Assembly: GCA_951406725.2 (NCBI GenBank)
Contig: OX597835.1
Coordinates: 29,326,001 to 29,390,000 of the forward strand
Source of the DNA: Octopus vulgaris
Lineage: Eukaryota
Length of the DNA: 64,000 nt
Direction of reading: 5' to 3'
Shown: positions 11,671 to 26,284 of the stretch, piece by piece
Position numbering within the stretch: the stretch's first letter is position 1
How the letters are laid out: the number at the start of each line of letters is the position of its first letter
Made by a program: the position numbers and the translations under genes
Notes under the pieces: model-generated
Told to the model about the DNA's origin: nothing
The model's database searches: none
Seen by the model: only the letters and a program-made list of their open reading frames with translations

Positions 11671-12727
11671 ATTCTACGACCCATTGAATAGTGCACTAAA
11701 AGTGTTAATGGAGTGTAACATCAGACGTTTAAAGTTCTATTACGTATAAAAGTGATTGTTACAATAAATTTTCAAAACAGGTGAGTGCACGCACTGCACT
11801 CTGCTGCCAATATGTATGCAGGTACCGGAGATGCATTACAAGTAACTCACATTTTCCAAATACCTGGATATTTCTGACAGAAAATTTGTGCCACGCCTGC
11901 AGAGTATGCGCGGTTAATATGTAACCCGTGACGTAATCGTTGAAAACTTGTTTCATAGAGGTTCCTTCACGCTGCTTTTGTTACTGCTTCATTGCTATAA
12001 AGATACTGTCATGTTGTTTTTGTAATTGCTTGACAACATTGTTGTTTAGACTGAGAATTCTCGTCGGAAGATCGTGTCGGTATTTCCGGATTCCTCTGTA
12101 ATTATATTTTATTATGAATTCGATGAATATTGAAGGGAATTTCAGGCGTTTTCTCTTACCATCTGTGTATTGACGTATTATGCGGACTTGTACATGTACA
12201 GTGTGTGTGAGTACGTATGCTGATGTGTAAGTACATGTATTGTAAGTGCGGGCTTGGGTATTTAGACTGTGCAGAAATGTTGACTCCATATATTTCTCAC
12301 GTTCCGGGTGCATTTCTGTGAAAGTCAATCCCAGGACAGTGTTGATAGCACAAAACAACGATCAAATACATTCCAGCTATGATCATCATTCGTCATCATT
12401 CCATCCTTATTATTTATTTTTCTAACAATAAATCTAAGATTCTATTGGCTCTAAATGTTTTTGTTTTTTTTCCCAGGACATTACATTTCATTTGAAAAAG
12501 TTTATTTACTTTAATGTGTCAACACTTCATTGTTCGACTTAAAACATGACGTTTCTATCATTGTTTGTGCCATAATATATGCAAGACAACCTTATTCAAT
12601 GTGTTTTGTTGTTGTTGTTGTCTTTCCTTTCGACGTCAATTTGTGAGTTGCAGGAAATCTTTGTTTTTCTGTTGTTTTAGGTGCTGTGCAATCTTGAATA
12701 CGATCCATCGATGATTACAGGGTTTTA

Positions 12728-12992
12728 ACGAACCAACTTAGTGGCTGACGATATGTGCATCTTTGATCAAGGGCAGAAGTAGTGGGGAGCATCATAGCAC
12801 GTGCTAACAGGAATTCTTTGGGGTTTGGATAATTCCCCTCTGGGAATATAGATGTTGCATTCAACATCCTTAAACAATCCTTATTCAGGGAACTCTTGAG
12901 CGACTCGACTTCAAGGAAATTCTTGCTGTTTATCTTGATATAAGGATACCATGTCATGCACACACGTCATTTTGATGGCATGTACTGCTCTC
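12728..12992 (+). mobile_element. Family E non-coding repeat, truncated/deleted, ending in (AAT)n
   Basis: Matches 13310-13500 and, for the 3' end, the reverse of 52325-52365. Confidence 0.7.
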
Positions 12993-13048
12993 TCATTCAA
13001 GAATAATAATAATGATAATAATAATAATAATAATAAAAATAATAATAA

Positions 13049-13083
<35 letters not shown>

Positions 13084-13089
13084 ATAATA

Positions 13090-13142
<53 letters not shown>

Positions 13143-13146
<4 letters not shown>

Positions 13147-13605
13147 GCCCTGATGCGGTACCAGGCAGTGGCTTTCGTGGCTTCTGATCTTAATTGATTG
13201 GAAGTGTTATGTACATTGTTTTGTCTTGGTATAAAAGATGAGCTACAGCAAATATTTTGCTCAATATTACAGATTTCTTGTCAGTTGTATCACCTAAACC
13301 AGTTGAGCATGTCTCTTAGTGGCTGACGATATGTACATCTCTGATCATGAGCAGAAGTTGTGGGAGAGCATCATAGCCATGTGTTGAGAGGAATGAATTC
13401 TTTGGGGTTCGGATAATTCACATCTGGAAACATGGGTATTTCGCTCAACATCATTAAACAACTCATATTCAGGGACCTTTTGAGCGGGATGTGTTACTCG
13501 ACTAGAAGAAAATTCTAAATCAGCCCCACCTTCAGGTAATGCGCTGTTAATCCTGATATGAGATCACCATATCGTGCTTATATGGTTGTGATGCATGTAC
13601 CTGGT
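13143..13605 (+). mobile_element. Family E non-coding repeat starting directly after (AAT)n
   Basis: Colinear with the reverse complement of 52420-52878. Confidence 0.75.
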
Positions 13606-13845
13606 AAAAGTTGTTTTGTATCTTACAGCAGTGGTTACTATATTGGGGAAAAGAAATCCCCAAAATCCCAATTTCATTTTCATTCGAATCTCCTGCGAGT
13701 CAACGTGGGCTGTTAACTTGGGGTGTTAACGACAATGTTAACTTTTGTTGATTAAGGTACCTTTGGCCTGATGAGTTTGGATACACACGTTTGGATAATT
13801 ACTTCAGGAGTATTAGTTTAACAATTGAGAAGAAAAGAAAATTCA

Positions 13846-13878
13846 TTTACATTACGAGCCTACGCTCTTCATCAGAAA
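13846..13878 (-). ncRNA. Decayed minimal hammerhead
   Basis: Minus: ttt-CTGATGA-a-gagc-gtag-gctc-GTAAT-gtaaa (GAAAC mutated). Confidence 0.5.
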
Positions 13879-13969
13879 GGATTAAGAGGAGAAAAAAAAA
13901 AGGAGAATGACAAAATGGAGAGAGAAAACAACATTTGTTGGCATTAACGGTTCAACATGATCCAATAGC

Positions 13970-14042
<73 letters not shown>

Positions 14043-14256
14043 ATATACATATATATATATATGCATATATATATATACATTATATATATAGATAGATATA
14101 TACACACACACATACATACATACATACGTATATAAATATGTGTATATATATATGTATGTGTATATATATATATGTGTGTACATATGAATAATATGTATAT
14201 ATATAAATATATATGCATATATATACATACATACATATATATATATACAAACATAT

Positions 14257-14316
<60 letters not shown>

Positions 14317-14472
14317 CGTTATATAATTAGGGTTCAGTTAAAAAATTTACTTTACCACACACCGAACTTTATATATATATATATACACATAATATATACT
14401 CATGATCCTATCAGGTGGTGCTATTAAGTTAGACATGGGCTGGACCAATCTTTGGTCGAAACTCACCTAAGT

Positions 14473-14542
<70 letters not shown>

Positions 14543-14924
14543 TATGTGTGTGTATGTGTATGTCTATATGTATCAACATAATACAAATCCTAGAACGGCT
14601 ATCACACAGACAACATATGACGACCACCACAACTGCTACTGCCGTGACCACGACTAACAATCTGTCTTTGTAAGAAGAAAATGGTAAGCGGAAATGAGTA
14701 ATCGATTATTTTTTTTTTCTATTGATTGCAGTGTATAGTTTCTTGTTTTAGCATTTTTTTTTTTATTTTAGCAGCAGTGTTTTTTTGTTTATTGATCTTG
14801 TACAGCTAAAATCAGACCGTTCGCTGCTTTGGCCCGATGTGTGCCTTTCATATTGGTCTACTTCCCCACTGTCCAGTCTTGCAGGATACTGACCAGAGTT
14901 GAATATCATCATCATCATCACCAA

Positions 14925-15005
<81 letters not shown>

Positions 15006-15281
15006 TATGATAGGGGGTTGTGTTGCTGCTGCAGTTCAGACTTTTCTTTAACCCAAGCGGTTAAAGAAACACTACTACGACTACTACTACTACCACCACC
15101 ACCACCACAATTACAACCAACACCACCACCAGAAATATCACCACCATCGCTACCACCGCCAAAGCCGCCGCCGCCACCGCCGCCGCCACCGCCTCCACCA
15201 CCACCACCACCACCACCACCACTACTATATTATTGCTAGTGATGTTATTGTTGTGGCTGCTACTACTATTGTTCTTACTGT

Positions 15282-15317
<36 letters not shown>

Positions 15318-15595
15318 AACTGTCGTTGTTGTAGTTCTTCTACTTCCTTTTCTTCCTCTTCTTCTTCTTCTTCTTCTTCTTCTTCTTCTTCTTCTTTTTG
15401 TTATTATTACCGATACTGCTGCTGCTGTTGTTTTTGTTGTTGGTATTTCGAGATCCGCTTTAATTATATCTTTTGTCTCTTTATTTTTACCTCTTCTGTT
15501 GTTCTGCTGTTATTGAAATATTTTCTGGTCGCTATAATTAGCTTGTAATGTGTAACTTTATCGATTAAACTCGCGCACACACGCACACACACCCA

Positions 15596-15637
<42 letters not shown>

Positions 15638-15856
15638 ATATTTATATTTATACATATATTTTCATATATACCTATATATACATGCCAACATATATAATGC
15701 AAACATAATTTATATATACATATATATAATATACACTACATATATATATGCATATATACACATTATCTATCTCTCACTCTATCTATTTATCTCTCTATCT
15801 CTCTATCTATCTATATGTATATATATATACATATATATATATATACATGTATATTA

Positions 15857-15900
<44 letters not shown>

Positions 15901-15926
15901 GACACACATATATACATATGTATATA

Positions 15927-17345
15927 CAGGATGGGTAACTACAATGATACCAGATGAAGAAGAAAGTAAGAGATTCTGGAGAGGGATCTGGGACCAACCT
16001 GTATACCATAATGATGAAGTGAAGTGACTGCATGAATTCTAAGATAGGTTAAGAAATACACAAGGCCAAGAAGACATAGAAATAACTACAGAAATTATAA
16101 AAATTGGAAGAGCCCAAGACCGGATTGTTTCCATGTTTATTGGATGAAGAAGCTGAGAGGACTCCATGAAAGGATAGCGCAACAGCTAGATGAGTGATTG
16201 CAGGAAGGCGCAGTACCCAGCTGGATGACAAAGATAAAGACATTATTATGTGCCAAGGATCCTGAAAAGGATAGTGTTGCACCCACCTTTCGGCCAATAG
16301 CGTGCCTTCTGCTAATGTGGAAGCTAATGTGATTTGTTTTGGCCGGTGAACTGTATAAATACTTGGAAAAATGTGGGCTGCGACCTATTGAACAGAAAGG
16401 GTATCGAAAGAGGAGCCGGAGAATGAAGGACCAGCTCTTAATTGATAATCTAATTATCAGGAACTGCAAGAGAAGATACATAAACCCGAGCATGGAATAG
16501 GTTGGCCATCGTAAAAAGCTAAAGGAGAAGGACAAGAAGTCAAGAAAGCGCCAAATGATGCATTGAGCACATCTACGTGCAGACAATGATCGCTTGTATA
16601 TGAAGAGAGCAAATGGAGGAAGAAGACTGATAAGTGTGGAAGACTCTGTACGTATCGAACTCGGGAACTTAGTGAGATACCTAGCCCAGAGTAAGGAAAC
16701 CTTACTAATGACAGTAAGGAACGAGGGAGCATTGAAATCAAAGAAAAAAGGAAAATTAAAGGGAGAAGTGCAAAAAGATATGAAGAAGAATTACACAAAA
16801 AGAAACCAAGAGCACTATACTGGCAGCGCAAGACCAAGCTTTGGCCACTAACTGGACGGTCAACCTTGTCTCGGCTGTACCGCATTTGCAATAGAATGGA
16901 TGAAATTATTGCCCATAATACGAACGAATACCCTAGACTTACACAAAGCCACTAGAAGCTATGGCAACGCTTTCAGGTAGCTAAAGTACCAAACTGGAAA
17001 CTGCGAAAGGTGGGAGCTAGAGAAAGGTGGGAGCAAGATGTGGCTGAGAGGCGGAATCGGAGACTAGCAAAATTCTCTGGAACTTACCAATCCAAACAGA
17101 TCAGGTGCAAGAGCATAACAGACCGTTCATAGTGGTGGTGGACAAGGTGCATCATATGTGCTATATAGTTGCTGTTGCATGCCCCTTTGAGCCATGAATA
17201 GTCAAGAAGAAAGGCGAAAAGATAGATATAACCCTCTTAATTATGAAATAACCCGGCTATGGAAAAATGAAGAAAGTGAAGATGGTGTCAATTATTGTTG
17301 GGTCCTTGGGGACAGTATTAGAAAGCATCAAGAGGAATATAATAC
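15927..17345 (+). mobile_element. Degenerate, internally deleted R4/Dong-like retrotransposon
   Basis: Broken frames give PDEEESKRFWRGIWD...HN, FRPIACL, EQKGYRKRSR, LYMKRANGGRRL, IQTDQVQEHNRP and IIVGSLG. (AAT)n follows. Confidence 0.8.
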
Positions 17346-17419
17346 AGCTCGCCGCCTCACGTAATAATGATAATAATAATAATAGTAACAATAACAATTA
17401 TAATCCTTTCTACTTGCTA

Positions 17420-17621
17420 TAGGCACAGGGCCTGAAATTTGCGGGAGGGTTTAAGACGATTACATCGAACCCCAGTACGCAACTGGTACTCAATATATCG
17501 ATCTGAGAGGATGAAAAGCAAAAGTCAACCTCGGCGGAATTTGAACTCAGAATATTAAGACGGAGAAAATGCCGCAAAGCCTTTTGCCCGGCGTGCTAAC
17601 GATTCTGCCAGCACACCGCCT
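17420..17621 (-). mobile_element. SINE family B, tail type 1
   Basis: Reverse complement of the family B pattern (...gtcaacctcggcggaatttgaactcag...ctgccagcacaccgcc). Confidence 0.85.
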
Positions 17622-17757
17622 TAACAGGAACAACAACAATAACAATAATAATAATAATGATAATTTCTTTTATTAGTCATAGGGGTATAGATGTGGTGGG
17701 GGGCATCACAAGGACAGCGAAATTATTTTGTATGTGAACCTTGTAGTACTACTTGTA

Positions 17758-17814
<57 letters not shown>

Positions 17815-18108
17815 CAGCAGCAGCAGTAGAATTTATATAGTAGAAGTCGTAGTAGCAATTTGTTAACTGCACAAGCTGCTGCTTTTCCTGAAATTCGTAA
17901 AGGAAACAAATATAAAATAAAAAACAAACCCGTAGTAAAAAAAAAACAAGAAAACTATAAATTAAAAGAAAAACCTATAGTAACACTATTTGTTATATAT
18001 ATATATATATGTATACACATATATATATACGTATATATGCATGTATATATATATATATATGGCGGTGCCCCAGCATGGCCACAGCTCATGAGCTGAAACT
18101 AGAATCAA

Positions 18109-18113
18109 TCAAT

Positions 18114-18165
<52 letters not shown>

Positions 18166-18167
18166 GC

Positions 18168-18220
<53 letters not shown>

Positions 18221-18310
18221 GTATACATATATATATGTATGTATATATATATGCATGTATATGTATATATATGTATATAGATAAATATATGTGTATATAT
18301 ATATATGTAT

Positions 18311-18341
<31 letters not shown>

Positions 18342-19132
18342 AATATATATATATGTATATAGATAAATATATGTACATATATATATGTATATAGATAAAT
18401 ATATGTATATATATATATGTATACACATTATATTTATATATATACATATATACGACCAAAAGAAAAATAATGCTAATATATAAAATTGCAAAATCCAAAA
18501 CTTTACAAAAATGTAAAATATACAAAAAATACCCAAAATATCAACAAAATAGAAAAAATAACCAAAAAAAAAAAGAGTAACAATCATAAAAAGAGAGAAA
18601 GCAGAGATAGAGGGGGTGGGAGTCAAAATCAAATATATAATAAACAAACAGAAAATAAAACTGTCTGAAAAACTGGCGGGGGGGGGGGTTGTAAAAAAAA
18701 TGGAAAAAATTTACAAAAACCGCCAGCAAGAGTCTCCTGGTTGATTGCATGTGAGTATGATGTTCGCTGATATTCTCATTCTTACAGGCGCCAACACTCT
18801 GGGAAAAAAAAAATATGTATACTGCAAGGTCAACTTTGCCAGTCACTTCTCATGAAGATATTTAGTGGTGTGTATGTATGTATGTATGTATGTATGTATG
18901 TATGTATGTATGTATGTATGTGTGTATGTATGTATGTATGTATGTGTGTGTGTATGTATGTATGTATGTATGTATGTATGTATGTATGTATGTATGTATG
19001 TATGTGTGTATATATGTATGTATGTATGTGTGTGTGTATGTATGTATGTATGTATGTATGTATGTATGTATATATATATATATACGTGTGTGTCTGTGTG
19101 TGTGTGTATGTATGTATGTATGTATATATGTA

Positions 19133-19173
<41 letters not shown>

Positions 19174-19233
19174 GTGTGTGTCTGTGTGTGTGTATGCATA
19201 CATACACACACACATATATGTATGCATAAATAG

Positions 19234-19277
<44 letters not shown>

Positions 19278-19447
19278 ATATGAATATATATGTATGCATA
19301 TATATATATGTATTTATATGTATGTATACACACACAGACACTCACACATAAGCATATGATCGACATAAAAGTATGTGCAAATGATTGTATGTGTGTGTAT
19401 TATATATATATATATATAAATCTATATACATATATTGGTATATGTGC

Positions 19448-19498
<51 letters not shown>

Positions 19499-19520
19499 CG
19501 TGCGTGTGGGTGTAAATGTG
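18109..19520. repeat. Compound (TA)n/(TATG)n/(TG)n microsatellite region
   Basis: Directly visible; a short A-rich and unique spacer lies at ~18455-18865. Confidence 0.9.
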
Positions 19521-19776
19521 TGAGCGTGTACACACATATTGTGAAAGGTTTTCTTGAAGGAAAACTAACGTAAGGGAAGTGAAAAGGCGTAAAAGAGGGA
19601 GAGAAAGGGATGGAGAAAACGAGGTGGGAGAGAAGGCAGATGTGGCATAAGGTAAAGATGGCGAAGAGCGAAACTCGTAAACAATAACAACCAGAAGAAC
19701 AAGAAAACCAGGAACCCAAGCAACAAGCGACGATGACGGCCATGACGCCATGATGATATTGATAACGCTGCTTCTG

Positions 19777-19818
<42 letters not shown>

Positions 19819-20199
19819 ATGATGATTGTAGTACTTTATTTTATCGACCCTGGTAGCTTGAAGATAATGCTAAGCATAATGATGAGGAGGAGACAAATGA
19901 GGGTGAGACGGAATGTTGAGGGTAGGTGGGAAAAAAGATAAAGGGTCGTTATGGTAACGATGATGATAATGATGTCGGTGATGATGATGGTGATGATGCT
20001 GAGGAGGAGGAGGAGGAGGAGGAAGTGGATGGTGGCAGTGGCGGAGGTGGTTGTTATGATAATGAATTGGAGGTGGTGGATGCTTCGGAAGGTGGTTGTC
20101 GCCGTCGCGGCGGCGACGGTGTTTGTAGTGGTGGTGACAGTGGTGGTAACGAAGATAGGGATGACGATGATGATGATGATGAGGAGGAGGAGGCGTTGG

Positions 20200-20300
20200 A
20201 GCCGAAGATGTGTGCCCGGACGACCATGGCGAACATGGCGTCGGTGGTGTCGGTGACAACTTGTGATGACGCTAATTACAATAACGAACGACGACGATGT
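20200..20300 (+). promoter_or_regulatory. CpG-rich unique segment with YY1-like motif
   Basis: ccatggcgAACATGGCGtcgg, with CpGs retained inside simple-repeat surroundings. Function is inference only. Confidence 0.2.
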
Positions 20301-20524
20301 TGACAGATTCTCAACAATCCACAGCCGCCTCCCACCCGTACCCCTATACCATACACGCCCGCCACCCCGCCTCCATTCGCTACCCGATTCCCATGCACCC
20401 TGCCTCTACTTTTCTCTCCCCAATTACCCACGCTCACATGCCAATAGACTATTTCTCTCTCTGTTGCCAAAATCTCACCCGCCTTTATTCCCCCCCATCT
20501 TCTTCGACCCTTCCTCTCTATGAA

Positions 20525-20602
20525 TGTACGTATGTATGTATGTATGTATGTATGTATGTATGTATGTATGTATGTATGTATGTATGTATGTATGCATGTA
20601 TG

Positions 20603-20674
<72 letters not shown>

Positions 20675-20698
20675 ATGTATGTATATGTATATGTATAT

Positions 20699-20729
<31 letters not shown>

Positions 20730-20775
20730 CACATATATATATATATGTATGTATATGTATATATATATATGTATG

Positions 20776-20820
<45 letters not shown>

Positions 20821-20825
20821 CATAC

Positions 20826-20876
<51 letters not shown>

Positions 20877-20896
20877 TATACATACATGTATGTATA

Positions 20897-20985
<89 letters not shown>
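20525..20985. repeat. (TATG)n/(TA)n microsatellite
   Basis: Directly visible; source of the 236-aa and 265-aa spurious ORFs. Confidence 0.95.
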
Positions 20986-21962
20986 TATCCACTCATGCTC
21001 TCTTACTCCTTGACACTCTTTTTCACCATATCTCTCATATTCTATATCTCTCACTTTCTGTCGTTCTCTCGCTCTCTTTCTACTTTCTCAAGCACACTCT
21101 CATTCTCTCTCTGCTTCTCTTCCACTTTCACCCCCCCCCACACACACACACACACATCATGCCCCTCATCACTAATCTATCAGATCTCGTGCCAGCTACG
21201 GAACTTCTGTCTTTTTTTTCCCCTTGTTAAAAATAGCAACCGGATCTTTTTCAAACAATACCAGAAGGAAATGTTCATAGTCCTACCACATACATTACGT
21301 ATAATATGCTATCATTGTTGAACTTATTCAAATTATAAGACTGCTCGATCGGAGCTGACAAGGAATTAAACAAAAGCAAAACTATTATCACAACCAAACG
21401 AAGGAACCCCTATGTGGTTGTTTGGCTGTCTGAAAATAACACCAAAATCTTCTTCATGTCACGCTCTGTCATATTTTAAAAGATTAAAGAAAGCATTGTA
21501 TAATGTTTTCTAGAAACATTAAACCTGGTAATACGTTTGGATGATCAGATGTGACAAAACTTTCCACAATAAGTCTGTGAGATAAGAGCTGCGTGATCAG
21601 AGCTGGGTAATCGCAGAGCTGGGTAATCGCAGAGCTGGGTTGGAGAGGAAGACCCTGACGTTGAGCGAATATGAACAACGATGGAAGGATGTGATGAGAA
21701 AGGTGTGTGTTGGTAACCCAGCTTAATCATCGAGGAAAGGAAAAGCCAGCTGCCGGGTTAATTTTTTCCTTTTTGTATTCTTTATTTCTTTCTATTTATG
21801 GTTTCTATTAAAAAAAAAGTTCTAGTGAAAAGTTTTAAAATTATTTTTATTAAATTATATATAAGTAAATTTCAATTATAATCATTCGAACTCATCCGGT
21901 CTATGTTTCGATCCGTAGTGATCTTAATAAAGATTTCATCTCTAACGATAGTGTCAAAGCAC

Positions 21963-22410
21963 TTGGCTTAGTGGTTAGAGTGGTGGACTCCTGATCGTAA
22001 GATTATGGTTTCGATTCCTGGACCGGGCGATGCGTTGTCTTCTTGAGCAAAATACTTCATTTCACGTTGCTGCAAGATAATTAAAGTGAAGGCGCCTGGC
22101 TCAGTAGTTGACATACTTGGCTCACGATCGTAAGGACGTGAGTTCAATTCCTGGCCACGCGATGTGTTCTTGAGCAAAACAATTTATTTTCACGTTGCTC
22201 CAGTTCACTCAGCTGGCAAAAATGAGTAATACCTGTATTTGAAAAGGTCAACCTTGTCACACTCTGTGTCGCACAGAATCTCCATGAGGAATACGTTAAG
22301 GTTACACGTGTCTATGGAATTCTCAACCACTTGCACGTTAATTTCACGAGCAGACTGTTCTGTTGATCAAATCTGCTGGGACCCTCGTCGTCGTAACCGA
22401 CGGAGTGTTC
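21963..22410 (+). mobile_element. Two tandem SINE family C copies
   Basis: Heads at ~21963 (tggcttagtggttagag...ttcgattcc) and ~22090 (ggcgcctggctcagtagttg...gagttcaattcc), each followed by ttcttgagcaaaa. Confidence 0.8.
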
Positions 22411-22743
22411 CTAGCGGTCGAGCGTCCTTCATTGACAAAAGACAAAAAAACAAGGAAGGTCAAACTCATATGATCTGGTGATGTCGGTGCTGGAGGTGGC
22501 GAGGATTATATAAACAAGAACGCATTTTGCACCAAAAAGCGGGCCAATATGAGAGGTTCTCTGGTGGTAATTACCACAGTATAGTTTGTTCCAACAGAAT
22601 ATCTACGTTTAAGTGGGGATAAATATTACTTCATAGTTTCATATTTATTTCAATACTCATCAAATATCGTTTACCTATATTTTCAGGTTACTGGAATTAA
22701 GAAGCTATGGCTTTATGTAGACTATGTGAACAGAACTGATATA

Positions 22744-23328
22744 TACGAAGGAGTATCCAAAAGTAACAGGAAACGTTCTCTGTTAGACAATTGCATTGTA
22801 GTTCAGGCTGCCACCGCTAGAAGCCACTTGATGCGACCCTCAGGCATCAGTCTGCCGACTGGTGTCGTCAGGTGGAGTCGTACTGCCACGTGGTGCGTCT
22901 TTGTTTTGCAGTACTTCTCCCCTGTTCGTTGATAGTAGTGGTTTCTTCATGACAATGTGCCTGCGCACACCGTCTTCAGTGAGACAGTTTTAGACCAAAA
23001 ATGACATAGCTTCGCTTAATTCCCTATACACACGATCTTGCTCCTTGCGAACTTTATTCTTTTTTTTTTTGTTCCCTCGAATAAAAAAAATCCTTAAAAG
23101 AAAAAGTTTTGCAAATGTGGAAGAAGAGATGAAGAAAAAAAAAGATGGAGTCGCTGAAAGTCATCACTTCGCAAAAGTTCCAGGACTGGTTCGAACAGTG
23201 GAAAACGCGTCTGGACCGATGCATTGCTTCAGAAGGAGAATATGTTGAATGGGGTAAAAGTCTACAAGTAAAAAGAAGTGACTAACATAATGTTGCAAAG
23301 TTCCGGTTAGTTTGGGTACTCCCTCGTG
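22744..23328 (+). mobile_element. Internally deleted mariner (non-autonomous)
   Basis: TIRs tacgaaggagtatccaaaagtaacaggaa / ttccggttagtttgggtactccctcgtg. Residual WFLHDNVPAH and DLAPCE(D)F motifs. Confidence 0.88.
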
Positions 23329-23528
23329 TAACTAGATGCTCTGAATGTTGATAGGTGAACGCCCGGTCACAATGCCTACAGTACCAGTACTCGGCCATTG
23401 CGAATAAGCAAAAATATACATGCACACATTCTAGTGTATGCAGCCACATACATACATACATACATACATACATACATAAAATGTGTTTATGCGTGTGTGA
23501 GTGCGTGTGTGTACACACATACACACAT

Positions 23529-23559
<31 letters not shown>

Positions 23560-23664
23560 CCTATATACATGCGTAGATGATTTTTAAATACGTATGCATG
23601 TATATGTGTGTATGTTTGCGTATACTTTATGCATCATATAAATATTTGTTTCTCGGTATAAATA

Positions 23665-23812
23665 TATTTCTTTACTGCCCACAAGGGGCTAAACACAGAG
23701 GGGACAAACAAGGACAGACAAAGGGATTAACTCGATTACACCGACCCCAGTGCGTAACTGGTACTTATTTAATCGACCCCGAAAGGACGAAAGGCAAAGT
23801 CGACCTCGGCGG
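23665..23812 (-). mobile_element. SINE family B, tail type 2, 5'-truncated
   Basis: tatttctttactgcccacaaggggctaaacacagag...gtcgacctcggcgg. Confidence 0.85.
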
Positions 23813-23880
23813 TGGCAAGCAATTGTAGCAATCACAGATTTTAATAGATATATGGATGTCTGTAATTATATTTATTTCTA

Positions 23881-23988
<108 letters not shown>

Positions 23989-24100
23989 TATTTAAATTTA
24001 AAAAAATTAAAAATATTTTAAAAAAATTATATATATATCTATATATATAATTGTTTTTTAATTTAAAAATTTTTTTTTAATTAAAAAAAAAATTTTTAAT

Positions 24101-24313
24101 TAAAAATTTTTTTAAAAAATTTTAACTTTAATTTAAATATTTTAATTGGATTTTTATATTATATATTTTATATTTTTTATATATTTTTTAATTAATTTTA
24201 TTTCTATTAAAAATTTTTTTAAAAATTTTAACTTTAATTTAAATATTTTAATTGGATTTTTATATTATATATTTTATATTTTTTATATATTTTTTAATTA
24301 ATTTTATTTCTAT
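24101..24313. repeat. Tandem duplication of a ~107-bp extremely AT-rich unit
   Basis: 24101-24207 is near-identical to 24208-24313. Confidence 0.85.
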
Positions 24314-24394
24314 GCATTGGCTTATGATTTTCACTGTTTGATTTGCCTAATAATGGTTTTATCTCTAATTTAATATAATATATATATATATTCA

Positions 24395-25220
24395 TATGAG
24401 GGGTACCCAAAAGGAACTTGAATTTTGCAATGTTATTTTATTCACTTAGTTTTACATGTTCACACATTTATCGTCTTCAAAGTATTCTCCATTGGAAGCA
24501 ATGCATCGTTCCAAGCGCTACTATTCGAAGAAGTCCGGAACTCGTGCGAAGTGATACCTTCAAACGCCTCCGTCGCTTTTTTCTTCACCTCCTCCACATC
24601 TGCAAATACCGCAGCACCAGCTTCCGATAAATCGTTCGGGTCAACTTCTAACTGTTCTTTCAGTCGTCACTGCTTTTGATCTTCTGTGAGCAAGCGAGGC
24701 ACAAATTTTGCTGCAACTCTTTTCGTTCGCTCAAATTTCGTTGGCAGGAGCACCACTCATATCAACAAGGTCGTCGATTTTCGGCGACGGTCCTCCAAGA
24801 TCAATTCATGAATTTTCGTGATGTTTTCTCATTCGTTCAGGAGGTCGACGGTCGTTCTGAGCGAGGTTGATCTTCAAGCGACAATTGACCATTCCTAAAG
24901 CTTGAAAACCACTCGTAAACTTGTCTTTTTTCTCACGGCAGCATCCTTATAATCTGTTTGAAGCATGACAACTCTTTCGGGCGCCGTTTTCATCAGAATT
25001 TCACGGACTCACGCTGTCGCTTCGTTTCAGCCATAGCAAAAATCGACGAACAGGGGAGAAACACGGAAAAACAGAGACGTACCATGTGGCAGTAGGACTC
25101 CACCCGACGATACCAGTCGGCAAATGGATGCCTGAGGTTCGCATCAAGTGGCTTCTCGCGGTAGAAGCCTGAACTACAACGGGCTTGTCCAACAGGCCAC
25201 GTTTCCGGTTACTTTTTGTG
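24395..25220 (-). mobile_element. mariner relic (same family as 8731 and 22744)
   Basis: TIR tatgaggggtacccaaaagg. Shares internal segments with 9450-9620 and its 5' region with 22760-22930. Confidence 0.85.
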
Positions 25221-25249
25221 CGTGTGTGTTCCATATACTCTTTTTTGAT

Positions 25250-25591
25250 AATTCTTTTATTTGTTTCAGTCATTTCACTGTAGCCATGCTGGAGCACTGC
25301 CTTTCGTCAAACAAATCGACCGCAGGACTTATTCTTTGTAGGCCTAGTACTTATTCTAACGATTCTCACCAAAATCGATTATCAAGCGATGGTGGGGGAA
25401 CAAGCACAGACATAAATATATATATGTATGTGTGTGTGTGTGTTTGTGTGTGTGCGTTTTTGTGTGTGTGTGGGTGTGGGTGTGCGTTTGGATATATATG
25501 TATGTATATATATATGAATATATATTTATATATACATATATATATATACATATATATATATATACACATGTATATACATATATATATATAC

Positions 25592-25622
<31 letters not shown>

Positions 25623-25655
25623 CACACATATATATATATATACCTACATATATAC

Positions 25656-25701
<46 letters not shown>

Positions 25702-25860
25702 GACTGGCTTCTTTCGGCTTTCGTTTACCACTCACAAGGCTTTGGTCGGCCCGAGACTATAGTAGAAGACACTTGCCCAAGGTGCCACGCAGTGAAACTG
25801 AACCCGGAAACACGTGGTTGGGAAACAAGCTTATAAGCACGCCACCACGCATGCGCCTAT
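25250..25860 (-). mobile_element. SINE family A with expanded internal microsatellite
   Basis: Tail at 25250-25410, head at 25700-25860. Confidence 0.85.
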
Positions 25861-26216
25861 AACATACACTTATATACATATATGTGCATGCATATTTATT
25901 TATATACGCACGAACACATTTACAGATACATGCATAATGACGACTATGTGTTTTTAGGTTTGTGTATGTTCGTTTGTATTTCATTTGGTGTGCAATGAAT
26001 ATACGTATACATACATACAAACACCCAGACAGATATACACACACACTCACACACTCGCACACACACACACACACACATACAAAACACCCTTATTATTTAT
26101 ATATTTATATACATACATATACATATGTATATATATATATACGCATAATTTAATGTGTTTGTGTATGCGTATTTATATACATATACATATATACATACAT
26201 AAACATACATACACAC

Positions 26217-26284
<68 letters not shown>

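Noticed and set aside
14435-14470. gacca..tggtc-GAAAC hammerhead half
   Set aside because: No CUGANGA core upstream.
14829-15239. Poly-Tyr/poly-Pro ORF resembling a formin/extensin
   Set aside because: Simple-repeat translation with no flanking domain or splice support.
20520-21321. 236-aa and 265-aa ORFs, and dozens of similar YI/CV/HT-rich ORFs
   Set aside because: Translations of (TA)n, (TG)n and (TATG)n microsatellites.
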